From positions 51,214,001-51,278,000 of the forward strand of contig NC_087436.1 in assembly GCF_036321535.1 (NCBI RefSeq): a stretch of DNA of 64,000 nt, read 5' to 3'. Below are positions 27,344 through 40,819 of this stretch, piece by piece. Numbering within the stretch: the first letter of the stretch is position 1; every line of letters starts with the position of its first letter. The notes beneath the pieces are model-generated. The model saw nothing but the letters and a program-made list of their open reading frames with translations. It had not been told where the DNA came from and made no database searches. A program made the translations under genes and the position numbers. Source of the DNA: Camelus dromedarius (Eukaryota).

Positions 27344-30300
27344 TTCTTTTTTTTTAATGCTCAAAGCAATTTTTAAAAATTGAAGTGTCATTGAATTACA
27401 GTGTTATAGTTTCAGGTTTATAACAGTGATTTTGGTATTTTTATAGATTATACTCCATTTAAAGTTATAAAATATTGGCTATATTCCCTGTGCTGTACAT
27501 TATATCCTCATAACTTATTTATTTTATACTTAGTAGTTTGTCCCCTTCAATTCCCTTCCCCTATCTTGCTCCTCCTCTCATCCCATCCCCATGGGTAACC
27601 TCTAATTTGTTGTCTATGAGTCTGTTTCTGCTTTGTTATATTCACTCATTTGTTTTATTTTATAGCTTCTATATGTAAGTGAAAAATACAAATTTGTCTT
27701 TCTCTGTCTGGTTTACTTCACTAAGAATAATACCCTTCAGGTATACCTATGTTATTACAAATGGCAACATTTCATGATTTTTTATGGTTGAGTAATATTC
27801 CAGCATGCATCTCTATTTCTATCTATCTATCTTACATCTTCTTTATGCATTTATCTGTTTATGGCACTCAGGTTGTTTTCATATTTTGGCTATTGTAAAA
27901 AATGCTGCGGTGAACATTGGGGTGCATCTATCTTTTCCAATTAGTGTTTTTATTTTCTTCAGATGTATACCCAGGAGTGGAATTGCTGGCTTATATTGTA
28001 GTTCTTTTTTAAAAGTTTTTGAGGAAACTGCATACTGTTTTCCACAGTGACTATACAAATTTTTATTCCCACCAACATTGCATAAGTGTTCCCTTTTCTC
28101 CACATCTTTGCTGACATTTATAATTTGTGGTCTTTTTGATGATAGCCATTCTGACAAATGTGAGGTAATATCTCATTGTGGTTTTAATTTTCATTTCCCT
28201 GATAATTAATGATGTTGAGCTCCCTTGCATGTGCCTGTTGGCCATCTGTATGTCTTCTTTGGCAAAATGTCTATTCAGTTCTTCTGCCCAGTTTTACTTG
28301 GGTTGTTGGGGTTTCTTTTTTAGAATATTAAGTTGCATACACTGTATAAATTTGAATAGTGACCCCTTAGCAGACTTATCATTTAGAAATATCTTCTCCC
28401 ATTCAGTAGGTTGTCTTTTATTTTGTTGATGGTTTCCTTTGCTGTCAAAAAGCTTTTAAGTTTAACTAGGTCCTATTTGTTAAGTTTTACTTTTGTTTCC
28501 CTTGCTTAAGGAGACAAATGTAAAAAAAATATTGCTAAGACATGTCAAAGAGTGTACTGCTTATGTTGTCTTCTAGGAGTTTTATGGTTTCTGGATTTAC
28601 ACTTAGTTCTTCAGTCCATTTTCAGTTTATTTTTGTATATCATGTGAGAAGATGTTCCAATTTCATTCTTTTACATGTAGCTTTCCAGTTTTCCCAACAC
28701 CACTTATTGAAGAGACTGTCTTTCCCACATTGTATATTTTTCCTCCTTTGTTGTAGATTCATTGACCATATGGGTGTGGGTTTATTTCTGAATTCTCTAT
28801 TCTGTTCCACTGATCGATGTATCTGTTTTTGTGTCAGTTCCATGTTGTTTTAATTACGAGCTTGCTTTAGCTATTTTGGTGGTTTTTTTTTTTTTTTTAT
28901 TATTTCCATACAAATTTTAGAACTATTTTTTCTAGTTCTGTAAACAAGTCATGAGTATTTTGATAAGGATTGCACTAAATCTGTAGATTGCTTTGGGTAG
29001 TATGGACATTTTAACAATATGAATTCTTCAAACCCAAGAGCATAGAATATCTTTCCATTTATGTGTATCATCTGGTCCTTTTGTATACGCTGCTAATGAA
29101 CTAACAGAAAGAGAAAGCAAGAAAATAATCACCTTTACAATTGCATCAAAAATAATAAAATGCCCAGGAATAAAGTTAATCAGAGTTGAGAGACCTAGAT
29201 TCTGAAAACTGTGCAACATTGATGAAGGAAATTGAAGATCATACACTCAAACAGAAAGACATCCCATGCTCTGGTCTATCTGATGTCATACTGCACATCC
29301 CCATGTCCATCCCTTAACTGTTCACTGTAGTTATATTTGATTTTACAATTGTTTTCTCTTATCCTTCACACTAGCTTAAGTAGCTGAACCACAGCCTTTA
29401 CTGTGTATTTCCCTTTACCAGTGGAATTTCTTCCTTCCTGTAATTTCTTATTTCTTGTAGCCTTTTCTTTTTCACTTAGAGAAGAGCCTTTAACACTTCT
29501 TGTAAGGTCAGTTCAGAATTGATGAATTCTTTGAGTTTTAGCTTGTCTGAGAAGCTCTGTCTCTCTCATTCGATTCTGAATGATAACCTTGCTGGGTAGA
29601 GTATCTTAGGTGGTAGGTTTTTCCCTTCCATCACTGTAAATATCTCATGCCACGCTCTTCTGGCCTGCAATGTTTCTGCAGAACATAGCCTTGTGGGGGT
29701 TCCTTTGTATGTGGCTTTTTGTTTTCCCTTGCTGACTTTAAAATCCTCTCTTTACCCTTAATTTTTGTCATTTTAACTATGATATGTTTCGGTGTGGGCC
29801 TCTTTGGGTTCATCTTTTTTGAGGCTCTCTGTGCTTCCTGTACCTTGGTATCTGTTTCCTTCTTCAAGTTTGGAAATTCTTCAGCCATAATTTCATCATA
29901 TGCATTTTCTCCTTTTCTTCTTCTTGGACCTCTATTATGCAAATGTTAGTACTTTTGAAGTTGTCCCAAAACTATTCTCATTTTATTAAAATTTGTTTTT
30001 CTTTTTGCTATTCTGATTGGGTGATTTCCATTATTCTGTCTTCCAGATCACTTATATGTCCTGTATCATCTAATCTGCTGTTAATTCCTTCTAATGTATT
30101 TTTCATTTCAGTTACTTTGTTCTTCAGCTCTGACTGGTTCTATTTTGTATTTTCTAGTCTTTTTGCTTAAATTCTCACTGTGTTTATTGTTTTCTCAAGT
30201 TCGGTTAGCATTCTTTTTACTACTGCTTTGAACTCTTTATCAAGTAAATTATTTACTTCTGTGTAACTGTTTTTTTTTCTTGTTCATTTGTTTGAAACAT

Positions 30301-31519
30301 ATTCCTCTGTCTCCTCATTTTATTTAACTTTCTCTGTTTCTGTGAAATTAGGTGAGACAGTTAACCTATCCTGGCCTTGAATTCATGTCCTCGTGTGGGA
30401 GTTTCCCTGTGCAGTCTGTGTACCTAGTGGCTTCGGTGCAAGGGCTAGACTTGAAGTGAGCCCAGGGTCTGCTGGCAGCTCCTGCCTTGGTGGGAGGTAG
30501 GGTTGGAAATAGAGGGGCCAGAGCCAGAGTTAGGTGCTAGCTGGGGCTTCTCCTTCCTCAGCTCAGCAGTTTTCTGAGGAGCTGGGCAGGGGCTCTGAGG
30601 AAGCTGGGTTTCTCCTGGGTGTGATGGAAGTCTCTGCCTTGGTTTGGAGGCATTGCCAGGGTCTGAGGTTTTGGGGCTGCACTACTGTTCTGGTTTCACT
30701 TTTCCCTCCCAGTGTGCATGCCTTAGTTAGAGGCTAGGTCGGAGCCAGAGGGGTTGCTTCACTCCTTCCAAATGTGCACAGCGAGGCACTCACCTGCCAT
30801 GGTAGCCTCCGCCCTGGAGCTAATTTTGCTCCTCCTAACTGTGCACAAGGACATGCACCCTAGCAATGGCTGCCTCCATTGTGATCAGAGGCAGAGCCAG
30901 GGTCCAAGCTGGCTCTGTTCTCTCCACGTGTGCACTTTTGCTGGCCATGGCCGTCTCTGCCTTAGTGGGGTGCAGCACTGGTGCTACAGAAGCTGGAACA
31001 GGAGCCCTATGTGAGCTGGGGGCTGCACTGGCACAGTGCTGGCAAGTCAGCCAGGGTCCCAGGTGCTTTTCAGTCTCCTGCCTCTGCTCTGTGATGAGGA
31101 GTAAGCCAGTCTGTGTGTGCGGTCTTCAAGAGTAGAGTCTTAGTTTCTTACAGTCCCTGGTAAGCCCTGCTGCTTTTCAAACCAGCTAGTGGGGCTCGTC
31201 TTCCCAGCGTCAGACCCCAGGGCTGGGCTGCCTGATGTGTGGCTCGAACCTCTTGCTCCCAAGAAAGGATGCCCAAGCCTATAATAGCAGCCTCCTCTTC
31301 TGGGTCCCCCGGCAAGGGTGCGAGTCGTGACCGGATTGCTTCTCCTCCCTTGCTCCATACAGATCTTTCTTTACAGCCTTGGTTGTAGAAGAGCTGTTCT
31401 GCTAGTCCCCAGGTTGATTTTAGTGAGAGTTGCTATGTATGTAGTTGTAGTATTTCATATGTTCATGAGGGGAGGTGAACCCAGTGTCGTCCTACTGTAC
31501 CATCTGGACCTTCCCCCTC
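27344..31519 (-). mobile_element. L1 with both ends intact but internally deleted and partly inverted (~4.2 kb)
   Basis: 10-bp TSD ctgggattca (27334-27343 and 31520-31529). ORF2 C-terminal ORFs at 27879-28245 and 28640-28843, ORF1p at 29631-29942 (EIMAEEFPNLKKETD...RPTPKHIIVKM), GC-rich 5' UTR to ~31519, and a sense-oriented ORF2 piece at ~29080-29270. Confidence 0.85.
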
Positions 31520-34098
31520 CTGGGATTCAGTGATAACATCACCTTCGTAAAGATTATTTTTACTGTGTAAAGTACAGTCAGTTCTTAAACTTTTTTGGAT
31601 CCTGGAATTCTTCAAATCTCTGATGAACGCGAGAGTGCCTGCCTCCACATACACCGGAAATAAACATACGCGCACACACTGTCTACAGTTAATCTCTGCT
31701 CCAACTCAGCTGGTTAACAGAACCTCCAGTTTTAATACTGCTTCTGGATCACATGACAGTGCCCCTGATAAGACAGCCTGGTCTTGCTGATTTGTAACAC
31801 TGTTTTACACGTAAGTGTGCGTGGATGTGACCATCTGGGACACACAGCACAGATCCTTCCCCCAGCAATGCACTCTGATAATTTCACCACAGAGAGAGAA
31901 TAAAGGTTGATTAATTCATTCAAACTGTGTTCTATGGAAAAAGGGTAATCTACAAAATGTTAACATCTTTTTCTAAGGAAAAAGAATGCTGTGTTCAAAA
32001 GGCTGAAGAAATGCTGCATACTGTGGTTGTACCCCAGAGGTTCACTTGAGGATATGAAAGACTCTGAAGTCCTGCAGTAAAGAAACCAGTGCAACTCTTT
32101 TTGACCCGGCTTCTCCTGTATTTTCAAACCACATACGCTTTTTTTTTTTTTTTTTTCATATTTGGATACTTCTAATTGGTATCACTTAGAATACACTTTT
32201 GGAAACGGTGACTACTTTCACTCATTTTTTTTGTGACTCTTATAACAGCTGCCCCTTGCCCCGGTGCCTCTTGACAGTGCTGGGGTTGCTCCAGCATCTG
32301 GGAGGGACAGCCAGGTCCCTGGCTGTTGCTCTGTCTTATGGTTCTTACTTTCACCCAGGCCAGATTCCAGGACTGTTGCCTTCTTCTGTCTACTGGTCCA
32401 ATGTACTGAGACTGAGATGGAGCCCAGTTTTCTGTTTTTTATTCTAAAAGCTTTTGAAGATAATAGACAGGGATCAAATACACCCTTTGTAGTAATTACC
32501 TCCTATTTCATTTTCAGCAGTTTCTATTTCTTTCTCTTTTTTAAAGTTATTCCAGTCACTAGTTCAGTAACAGTTAAGACTAGAGCTTATCTGACTATAA
32601 TCTCACTTTTCATTACCAGGTGGGTTTGAGAGGCAGAGTTTCAGGGATGAGCACCATTGTGGATGGCTCCAGGATCAGAGGCCCAGGTCCACTGTCACCA
32701 GCTCTGTGAGCACAGCACCCTGCCGGACCGCATCTGTAGGATGGTGATAGTAATGGCGCCTGCCTCATTGGTGCCACTACCTTGAAGCAGTTAATGTACA
32801 CAATGGAATTAGAACAGGGCATGGTTATAATAGATGAGTGTTAAGAAAATTCAAAGTCAGTTGAATCTTGTGACCTGTCCACGACCTACCACACAGCAAG
32901 CACCCAAACATCAGCTGTTATTGCCATGATCATTGTTACTCTTTTGGTAATTTTATTGATTACATTCTCATTGTTTTGACTTACCTGATTCCAGAATGAA
33001 GATCAATTTGATATAAACTGATTATAGAAATTTAAATTCTAGTACCAAGGGTTCCTGTTATGGAATTGTTACGTTATTTGTTGTTGATTTTTAACAGCAT
33101 GATTCCAGTAAGGAACAGACTATTTTCTTTCTTGCTTATTTGAAAGAATTTCCCTGCCAAACTGAACCAGAGGGTAGAAGAGCTACGCGTGTGGGGATGT
33201 GTCAGGTTGGATCTGAAAGAGCTTCAGGAAGGGAGAGGAAGTAATTACGTTACACCTTCTGGAAATGCACAATCAACAAGAAAGTCACATTTAATGGAAA
33301 AACAACCCGGTCCCTGTTCCTGTGTTTATTTTTTCACTCCTAACCATTTCATTACATTTTGCCACAGAGGCAAAATGAGGGTAACTTACATTTGCCACAG
33401 CTTCAATGTAAGTTACCCTCACAACCTAAATAAATGACTCAGAAAACTGAAGTAAGGCCTATATTGCCTGTTCTATGCTTATTTGTTCCTTTTAGGTTCT
33501 ATCTTGCCTCCCTTACTGTGGAAATAGTTGCTTAACAGTTTTAAGTGTGAAACAGTTTGCAAGAATCCAGATTAGTTTCATCCTGAAAGGAGAAAAAGTT
33601 ACCAATACCAATTTACATGTATTTGCATTGAACGTTTGTTATTTTCAGCAACCAGATATATAACATTTCCGTGGAGCAAAAAAGGGGAGCAGTTTAACTT
33701 GAAAGCAGGTGGGTTGAGGCCTATTGGGAAGTGTCTCCTGTCAGTAGGCTCTGGATATAGAGAAAGGGCCTCTGACCTTAACAAATCCTGTTCCATATTT
33801 GAAAGCAGTTTTCAGAATTTTTTTTTTTAAATAGTGGGTCTAATTCTTACACAAAATGTTATTTGGAGCCCAGATGTGAAAGAAGAGGCAAGAAAAATGG
33901 TTGGAGTGTGAGGACTTGGCTTCTCTTGCCCTCTTGTTCCTCCCATGATCATCTCTGGGAAATCTGAGAATTCCAGGTTTGAAAAGCACTAACATGTGGA
34001 ATAAATGAATATATTTGTTAAATTTCTCACTCTATTATATTAGGTGAAATACTTAAGAATATATTTAAATTTTTGTATTTTTAACGAGCACTCTAGAA

Positions 34099-34469
34099 GA
34101 GGGGTTGGCAACTTTTTCTGTAAACAGCCAGATGGTAAATAGTTTGCACTTTGAGGGTCACAATGCAACACTGAGAATATGATGTAAATACTAATATACC
34201 AGGAGCAAGAACGAAAATTTCCATAAAATTTTTTTAAACAAAATTCAAAATATATAATTAGGATTATTGAGTACATACAAGTTTTGGTAATATAGGTTGG
34301 CTAATGGGAAGAATTGGATTTTTTAAAATAACATTTTGCTTAATTGGCATTCCAGGTAACATTCCTTATCATCAAATCGATTGCAAATGTTCACCTGTGA
34401 AAACAATTCTTAGCTCGTGGGATGTACAAAAATAGGTTTGGTCTGTGGGCCGTAGTTTGTCGATTCTTT
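34099..34469. mobile_element. MER58-like hAT-Charlie DNA transposon
   Basis: Termini aggggttggcaact and gtagtttgtcgattc; perfect 8-bp TSD ctctagaa (34091-34098 and 34470-34477) fitting the NTCTAGAN target. Confidence 0.85.
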
Positions 34470-37400
34470 CTCTAGAATAAGCCTCAACTGGAAAATAGTA
34501 ATTAGGAGATTTCAATTAACCTTTAAAGTGCTTTCATTTTGTAGTGATAGCAATAAAACACCTTCTCGCTGCTCTTATATGAGCAATGCTCTTTCCCTTT
34601 GATGGTGAAATTTCAATACCCAGTGTTGTGATAGTTTCAGAAAAAGTGAATCTCATATATTCTCAGTGAGAGTCTTTTTGGGAAGAGAATTTGTCAAAAA
34701 GTGTCAAAAAATCTAAGAAAGCACACATGCACTTTGACCTAGTGATTCCACTTGTAGGAATTTAGCTCAATGAGGAGTATTTATGTGCGGTGTTATTTAT
34801 GACAGGACTGCTCATCTTAGTGAAAATTTGGGCACATCCTAAATGCTTAGCAATAAAGGGATCTGTGAAATAACTTATTGCAGAGATGCAAAGAAGAGTA
34901 TTAGAAAGACATTGAAAATTGTACTGTGAACCTTTATTGACACGGAAAGATTGTTTTAAAAAAGCAAGCTGAAGACATTATGCATAGTATGAGCCCATTG
35001 TTGAATAAAAAATTATGTGAAGCTTGCACGTAGAAAACCAAATGACTGTACACCAGAAATTGACACAACATTGTAAATTGACTATACTTCAATTTAGTAT
35101 AAAAATTGTATAAAAATTATTTTAAAAGTATACAAAATTTTTTATAAATAAAAAGACAGTAAAAAATTTTTTTAAATGGTAAAATGTCGACAGTGCTTAT
35201 TTGTGAGATAGGAATGTAGATCATTATTAGTAGTAACATAATAAGAAGTACAATTTCTTGAGCACTTAGCAACTGTAGGCACTCTGGGGATGCTTTACAG
35301 ACATAATCTCGTGTGCTCTTCAGATCAAGTAGGAGTGCTAATTTCTACATCCAGGGGACATTGAGGTTTGGAGAAGTTAACTAACTTCCCCCTTTGACAT
35401 AGCTAGAAATGGGGAGCCTGGGTTTTGTACTCAGACGTGTTTCATTCCAGAATTTGCACTGCTGTCTCACAATTCTCCTATTTTCTTCATGCTAATGGAT
35501 ATTTCCAATCTTGCTCTGAAGTATCAGCGGGTGTTTTCAAGAAAGTTGAAGATGAGATCATTAGGTGTAATTACATTAAAAACACTGAATTGCCATGTAG
35601 AAGATTTAAGCATTTCTTGACCCATAGCTGCTAATTCTGGGAACTCCCATCTGCCTGTCCTTGCTACTGGCCCATCGGGCTCCCATGAAGGCTTGGAAGG
35701 GCAGAAGTCATTATTCTAGGCTACTGCAAAGAATGGGCATTCCAGTTGTCTCTAAGTCTCTAACACCCAGCCAAGAAATATTTGTTCGCCTCCAAGGTAA
35801 AAAATAATCTTCCATATTTTAATGGTAAATTCCTTTTCTTCAGGAGACAGGCTGACTCTAAGAGCTTTACAGAGTCAGTGCAAGTAGTGGGAGTAATCGT
35901 CAGTTGGTGACCAAGAGACTTCCCCCCACTTCCCCAGTATACGCCCTCCTCCTTACCACATTCCCTCAAAAGTGACTAGGGATAGTGTTGGTCCAGGAGG
36001 GGATCGTTAACTTATTCAAATAAAAAATAAGTGCTTATTTAATAATGTGTCTACTAGAAATAAATTATTACCTGGATTTAAACTTCATCATTTTTTTCCT
36101 GTGAGCTAGGCTACAGATGCTGTAAAAATGATGGCCATTAAACTCCGACATTTTCCATTCACTGAACAAGATGAACTGTTCTTTCCCGCTAAATTGCTCT
36201 TTAAGATAATGAGTCCTGTCACCAAAGGTCTGTGATCATCTTGCCACTTTGGTCTGTGTGATTACTGGGTTATAGAGCACAGTCAACATGATCAATTTTT
36301 TTTCTGACCTGTTTTGTCACATCTTTTGTTCCCAGCTCCTTAAAAACAGGATGATGGGTAAATTCATCTTTCTTAGGAGTTGTGAAGAGCCATAGTTTTA
36401 TTTATTGAATGCAGTTAAAATGGCCTGTTGTGAAATGATGCCAGATGCAGGGTCATCTAAAGCTCTTACAGGAGGCACATGAAAAATCTTGAAACACCGG
36501 TAAATTAAAAGTGATTACAAGTATCTATCTAGGTATTGAACTGGGAATTTAATGGTCATTATTGACTCAGAATCACTTTGGAGTAGGCAAAACTCAGGTT
36601 GTTTGGTGAAGATTAATAAATAGCTAAGTACAGTAATTGGATGTGGGGTGAAGGGTAGAGGGGACTAATATATAATGATAGCTCTGATTATTTTTTTAGT
36701 TCCCAGCTATTAATCCATTTATCTAACAAATATTTATTGAGGTCTACAGGCAATGAGCACACAGAGCTCAGCAGAGCAGACCCAATCTCTATTCCCATGG
36801 ACCCTCGGTTTTCCCAGATGGATGCTGAGTATCTTGTCATGTGTGTGACTTGGAATCTTCCATAAATCATGAGGATGTAGAACTGTACCCCCCTCCCTGC
36901 CATAGACACATAACCATGACTTTGAACATGAAAGGGAGAAACCAGTGGAAAAAGTTGACTTTTCTAGCTGTATACAATTTAGATTAATTCATATTTTAAA
37001 AATCCTCCAATGAGATTGGCTCAGACTGAAGAAGGAGAACTACTCTAATAATTACTATTTTCATAATATCTTTAAGCTAGAGTTTTAATTTTCAAATGAA
37101 ATGGCACCAAATGATGGCAGGTGCTGTAGAAGAGAGCAGGGCTATCCTTTCTGCTGGTTTTGCCAGAGATCATAGATGATGGCTCACTGTTTAAGTGAGT
37201 CCTCTTTGTTTAAGCAGATAATTTTTCCAATTCAGTGTATTTCTCATTATAAAAATAGCATTAAATAGAAGAACAATTTTCAAAGATAATGTTTTTAAAA
37301 GGGATGAAGAATAATTTCTTACTTTTCTCACTAATGAACATTTCCTTTATCAATTCTTTAAGGATCCTGGCCTGAAATCATGTATTTTTCCCAGTAATTT

Positions 37401-37994
37401 GCTCTTGACCTTCTTGGAGCTGAGTGTCAAAGTGATCCAGGTTGTTTGTCTTTTAGCAGTTCTTTTAAATTAATTTCTGTATTAGGAACAATTAGCCTCT
37501 GATTTCAGAAGCTTTGTTCTCTTATTGTGTGCACAGTTTCAGAGGAGAAAAAAAAAAGGAATTTATTCTGGAGGACAAGATGGCTGCAGGAGCTCCAAGA
37601 ATCACCTCCTCATATTACAGTATTTGAAAGAAAGCGCTCCTTTGCTGTATTCATTTTCCTAGGGCTCTTTGCAGACCCCCTTCAGGTTCCTTGGTCTACG
37701 CTACACTAATCACTGCAGAGGGGAGGGAAGTGACTGTGTTTGGCTTTAAGTCAATCATGATTCATCCTTAGGGTCTGGAGAGTTCAGCTTCCTCTGTGGT
37801 CATGGCTTCTTGAAGAAGGATTGATGCAATTTGGTTTTCATTGGCACCAAGGGGAGCGAATGACTTTTGGGTAGGCAAGCTGTGCTACGTGCCAAAGTTG
37901 GTTTTGGCAAGTTAAGTTTATCAATTCTGGTAACATTTTCTCCCCCCTCTTATAGCTGTCAAAATTCTCACTTCACAGTATTCTGATTCTTCTT

Positions 37995-38163
37995 TTTTAT
38001 TGAAGTATAGTTGATTTACAATATTGTGTTAATTTCAGGTGTACAGCAATGTGATTTAGTGATATATATATATATATTCTTTTTCAGCTTCTTTTCCATT
38101 ATAGGTTATTACAAGGTATTGAATATAGTTCTCTATGCTATGCAGTAAGTCCTTGTTGTTTAT
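37995..38163 (-). mobile_element. 5'-truncated L1 3' end
   Basis: 11-bp TSD tgattcttctt (37984-37994 and 38164-38174); ttgaagtatagttgatttacaa terminus. Confidence 0.9.
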
Positions 38164-38505
38164 TGATTCTTCTTCAGATTCTTGATTTGCTTATCAAATT
38201 CATTGTTTATAGATAAGTAAAACATCAAAAAATACATGATGATATATAATATTTTATTGTAATGATATTTTATTAAAGTGGATGTATTTTTAGAATTGCT
38301 ACCTAAAATTTTGGGACCTCAGAAATGAAGCAAGGAAGGGAAGAAAAGCTTACAGTTTATTGCAAGGAAAAGAAAGTTATACACAAACTTCTCAGTCTCT
38401 TCAGGCTGTGGTAACTGGAGCATTTATATCTCTGTTTCTTCAGATGTGTCTTTCAAGGTAGTTGGATTATCTGAGATGAAAAGAGGTGAGAAAGCTGAAG
38501 GATAG

Positions 38506-38921
38506 TGTTATGGGCTAAACTGTATCCCCCCCACTCCAATTTGCATTTTGAAACCCCAACCACCAGTACCTCAGAATGAGACTGTGTTTGGAGATAGAAT
38601 CCTGAAAGAAGTAATTAAGTTAAAATGAGGCCATTAAGGTGTACCCTAATTCAATCTGACTGGTGTCCTTCCAGAAAGAGATCAGGCACACAGAGAGACA
38701 CCAGGGTTGTGTGTGCACGGAAGGAAGGCCACGTGAGGACACAGTGAGAAGGTGGCCGTCTGCAAGCCAAGGAGCGAGGCCTCGGAAGAACTCAAACCTG
38801 CTGACCCCGTGATCTCGGAGTTCAAGTTCTCAGCTTCCAGATCTGTGAGAAAATACATTTCTGTTGTTTAAGCCACCCCATCTGTGGTATTTTGTTATGG
38901 CAGCCCTAGTGAGTGAATATA
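38506..38921. mobile_element. MLT1A/B-like solo LTR
   Basis: tgttatgggctaaactgt...ttgttatggcagccctag; 5-bp flanks gatag and gacag. Confidence 0.85.
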
Positions 38922-40819
38922 GACAGTAATTAGCGCCACCTGCTAATGGAAACCTATGCAGTGCTGGGAACCGTACTAGGAGGCCTTTATGAACTCCATT
39001 TTAATGACTGAAAAACTGAGTCTCAAAGAGGTTAAACAATTTGTAAGTGGAAGAATGGGGAATCAGCACACTCTAAATATTTCCCAAAGACCTATGCAGC
39101 CTGGATAAAGTACATTCATTATATTCAATATTATATATATATAATATAATATATACATATAATTTGCACATATAAAGTACATTTATAAATTTATAAAAAC
39201 ATAAAAACTTGCTGAATTCTTCCTGTTCATTAGGCATAAGGTGCTAAGCACGTGATATGAGTTAGTGTGTTTAAGCCTCACCATGACATTATGACCATTG
39301 TCATTCCATATAACAGATAAGGCTCATAGACTTTGAGTCAGTTTCCTAGGATCACACAGGGACCACGGCCACGTGCTGGAGTCAGGACTGAAGCTTGGAT
39401 AATCTCACCCTCGAGCATTCTTTGCTCTCCAGCATCTAAACTACTTTCTGTTTGGGTAGATCATCAGAAGGAAAGGTTTATGAAGGGAAAGCTTAAGTCA
39501 AAACGACACAGAGCACCCATAATAGAGGAGAAATGTAAAATTAATGATATGTTCATTGTTCAATGGATCTTGAAGAGATTTTTAAAAGACAATGTGAAAT
39601 ACTACTTATTATGAAACTAGTACATGCTTGGAAATATTTATTTACCCTTCCAGCACATAGATCAGTTTTTTAATCGATTAGTCAGTCAATGAAAAGATAA
39701 AGAAAAGAGACACAGGCAGTCCCTGAAATGGTATCATATTAACAGAGTGGCCAAGTGAAGTCCCCTTTTCCATAGAGATGTGCTATAATTAGGGCTCGAA
39801 GGATAAATACTCATTATCAAATAACTTACACGTGGGACCAAAATATTCCACAAACAGGCATATGCACCTGAATATAAACTTTAAAGATGTCTTAAAAGGA
39901 AGAATACGTATTTAGGTCTTGTAAAATGGGCATTGATATTATGTTCCTCCCCTCTCTTACCAATTTTATGTTTCAAAAAAGTGATAACAGGCACTTGGCA
40001 TGTCACTGTGGCTAAGACGAGGAAGATTCAGTTGTTCCTGGTGATGGCAGGTGGTGTCTATGAAATCACTATGCAGCTATAAGTCTCGGTATTTTTTGCT
40101 AAATGCCAGCTGTGCCTCTCTTACACCTTATTTGAGTCACTGCCTGGAAACCAATGGCTGAATGGGAAATGCAGCGAGATGTGAAGCAGAGTGTTAATTA
40201 GTAGCAATGGATGGAAACTCACGGCTTGTGGAGAACTCAGTAACAGGACTGACTATAGGAATTCCTGTGCCTCTTGTAAAATAATCCTGATTTTTTGAGC
40301 TGTAAAATCCTTTCTTGGTTAATTTGAGTTTGATTTCTTTTGCCATTAGTAAATTATATGTAATATTGTCAGATGGTTTTGAACTAAAATCAATTCAGCT
40401 TTGAGAAATTTTGTATCATTCTTTGGTATAAATATCTAAGACCTCAAAAGCAGGAGATTGAAAATGACTTCTGATTTGCATTTATGAATAAACTTAGAAA
40501 GTATGTTAAACTATATCATGCCATAGAGATTTTTATACCACACACTAAAGGGTGGGGGTTGAAACGAGTGAGGTATTTTAAAAAATATACCTCACTGTCT
40601 TAAAAAGTGAAATACCAATAGATTAAGCAAGAAACCCTCTAAAATGCACATGCAGGGGCAGGGTAACGTTCTCAGCACTGCCAGGGAAGGAGAACTACTC
40701 ACACTGGATTTTTGTCAAGATTAAAATGAGGACTTGGAAAACGTTTTATGATGGCTAGCTCAGACTTTTTAATTTGACTCTTACACTTTCTCCAGATATT
40801 TACACCACAATGGCTGACT

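Noticed and set aside
40567..40596. Perfect 10-bp-arm hairpin agtgaggtat...atacctcact
   Set aside because: Roughly one such inverted repeat is expected by chance in 64 kb, and there is no other support.
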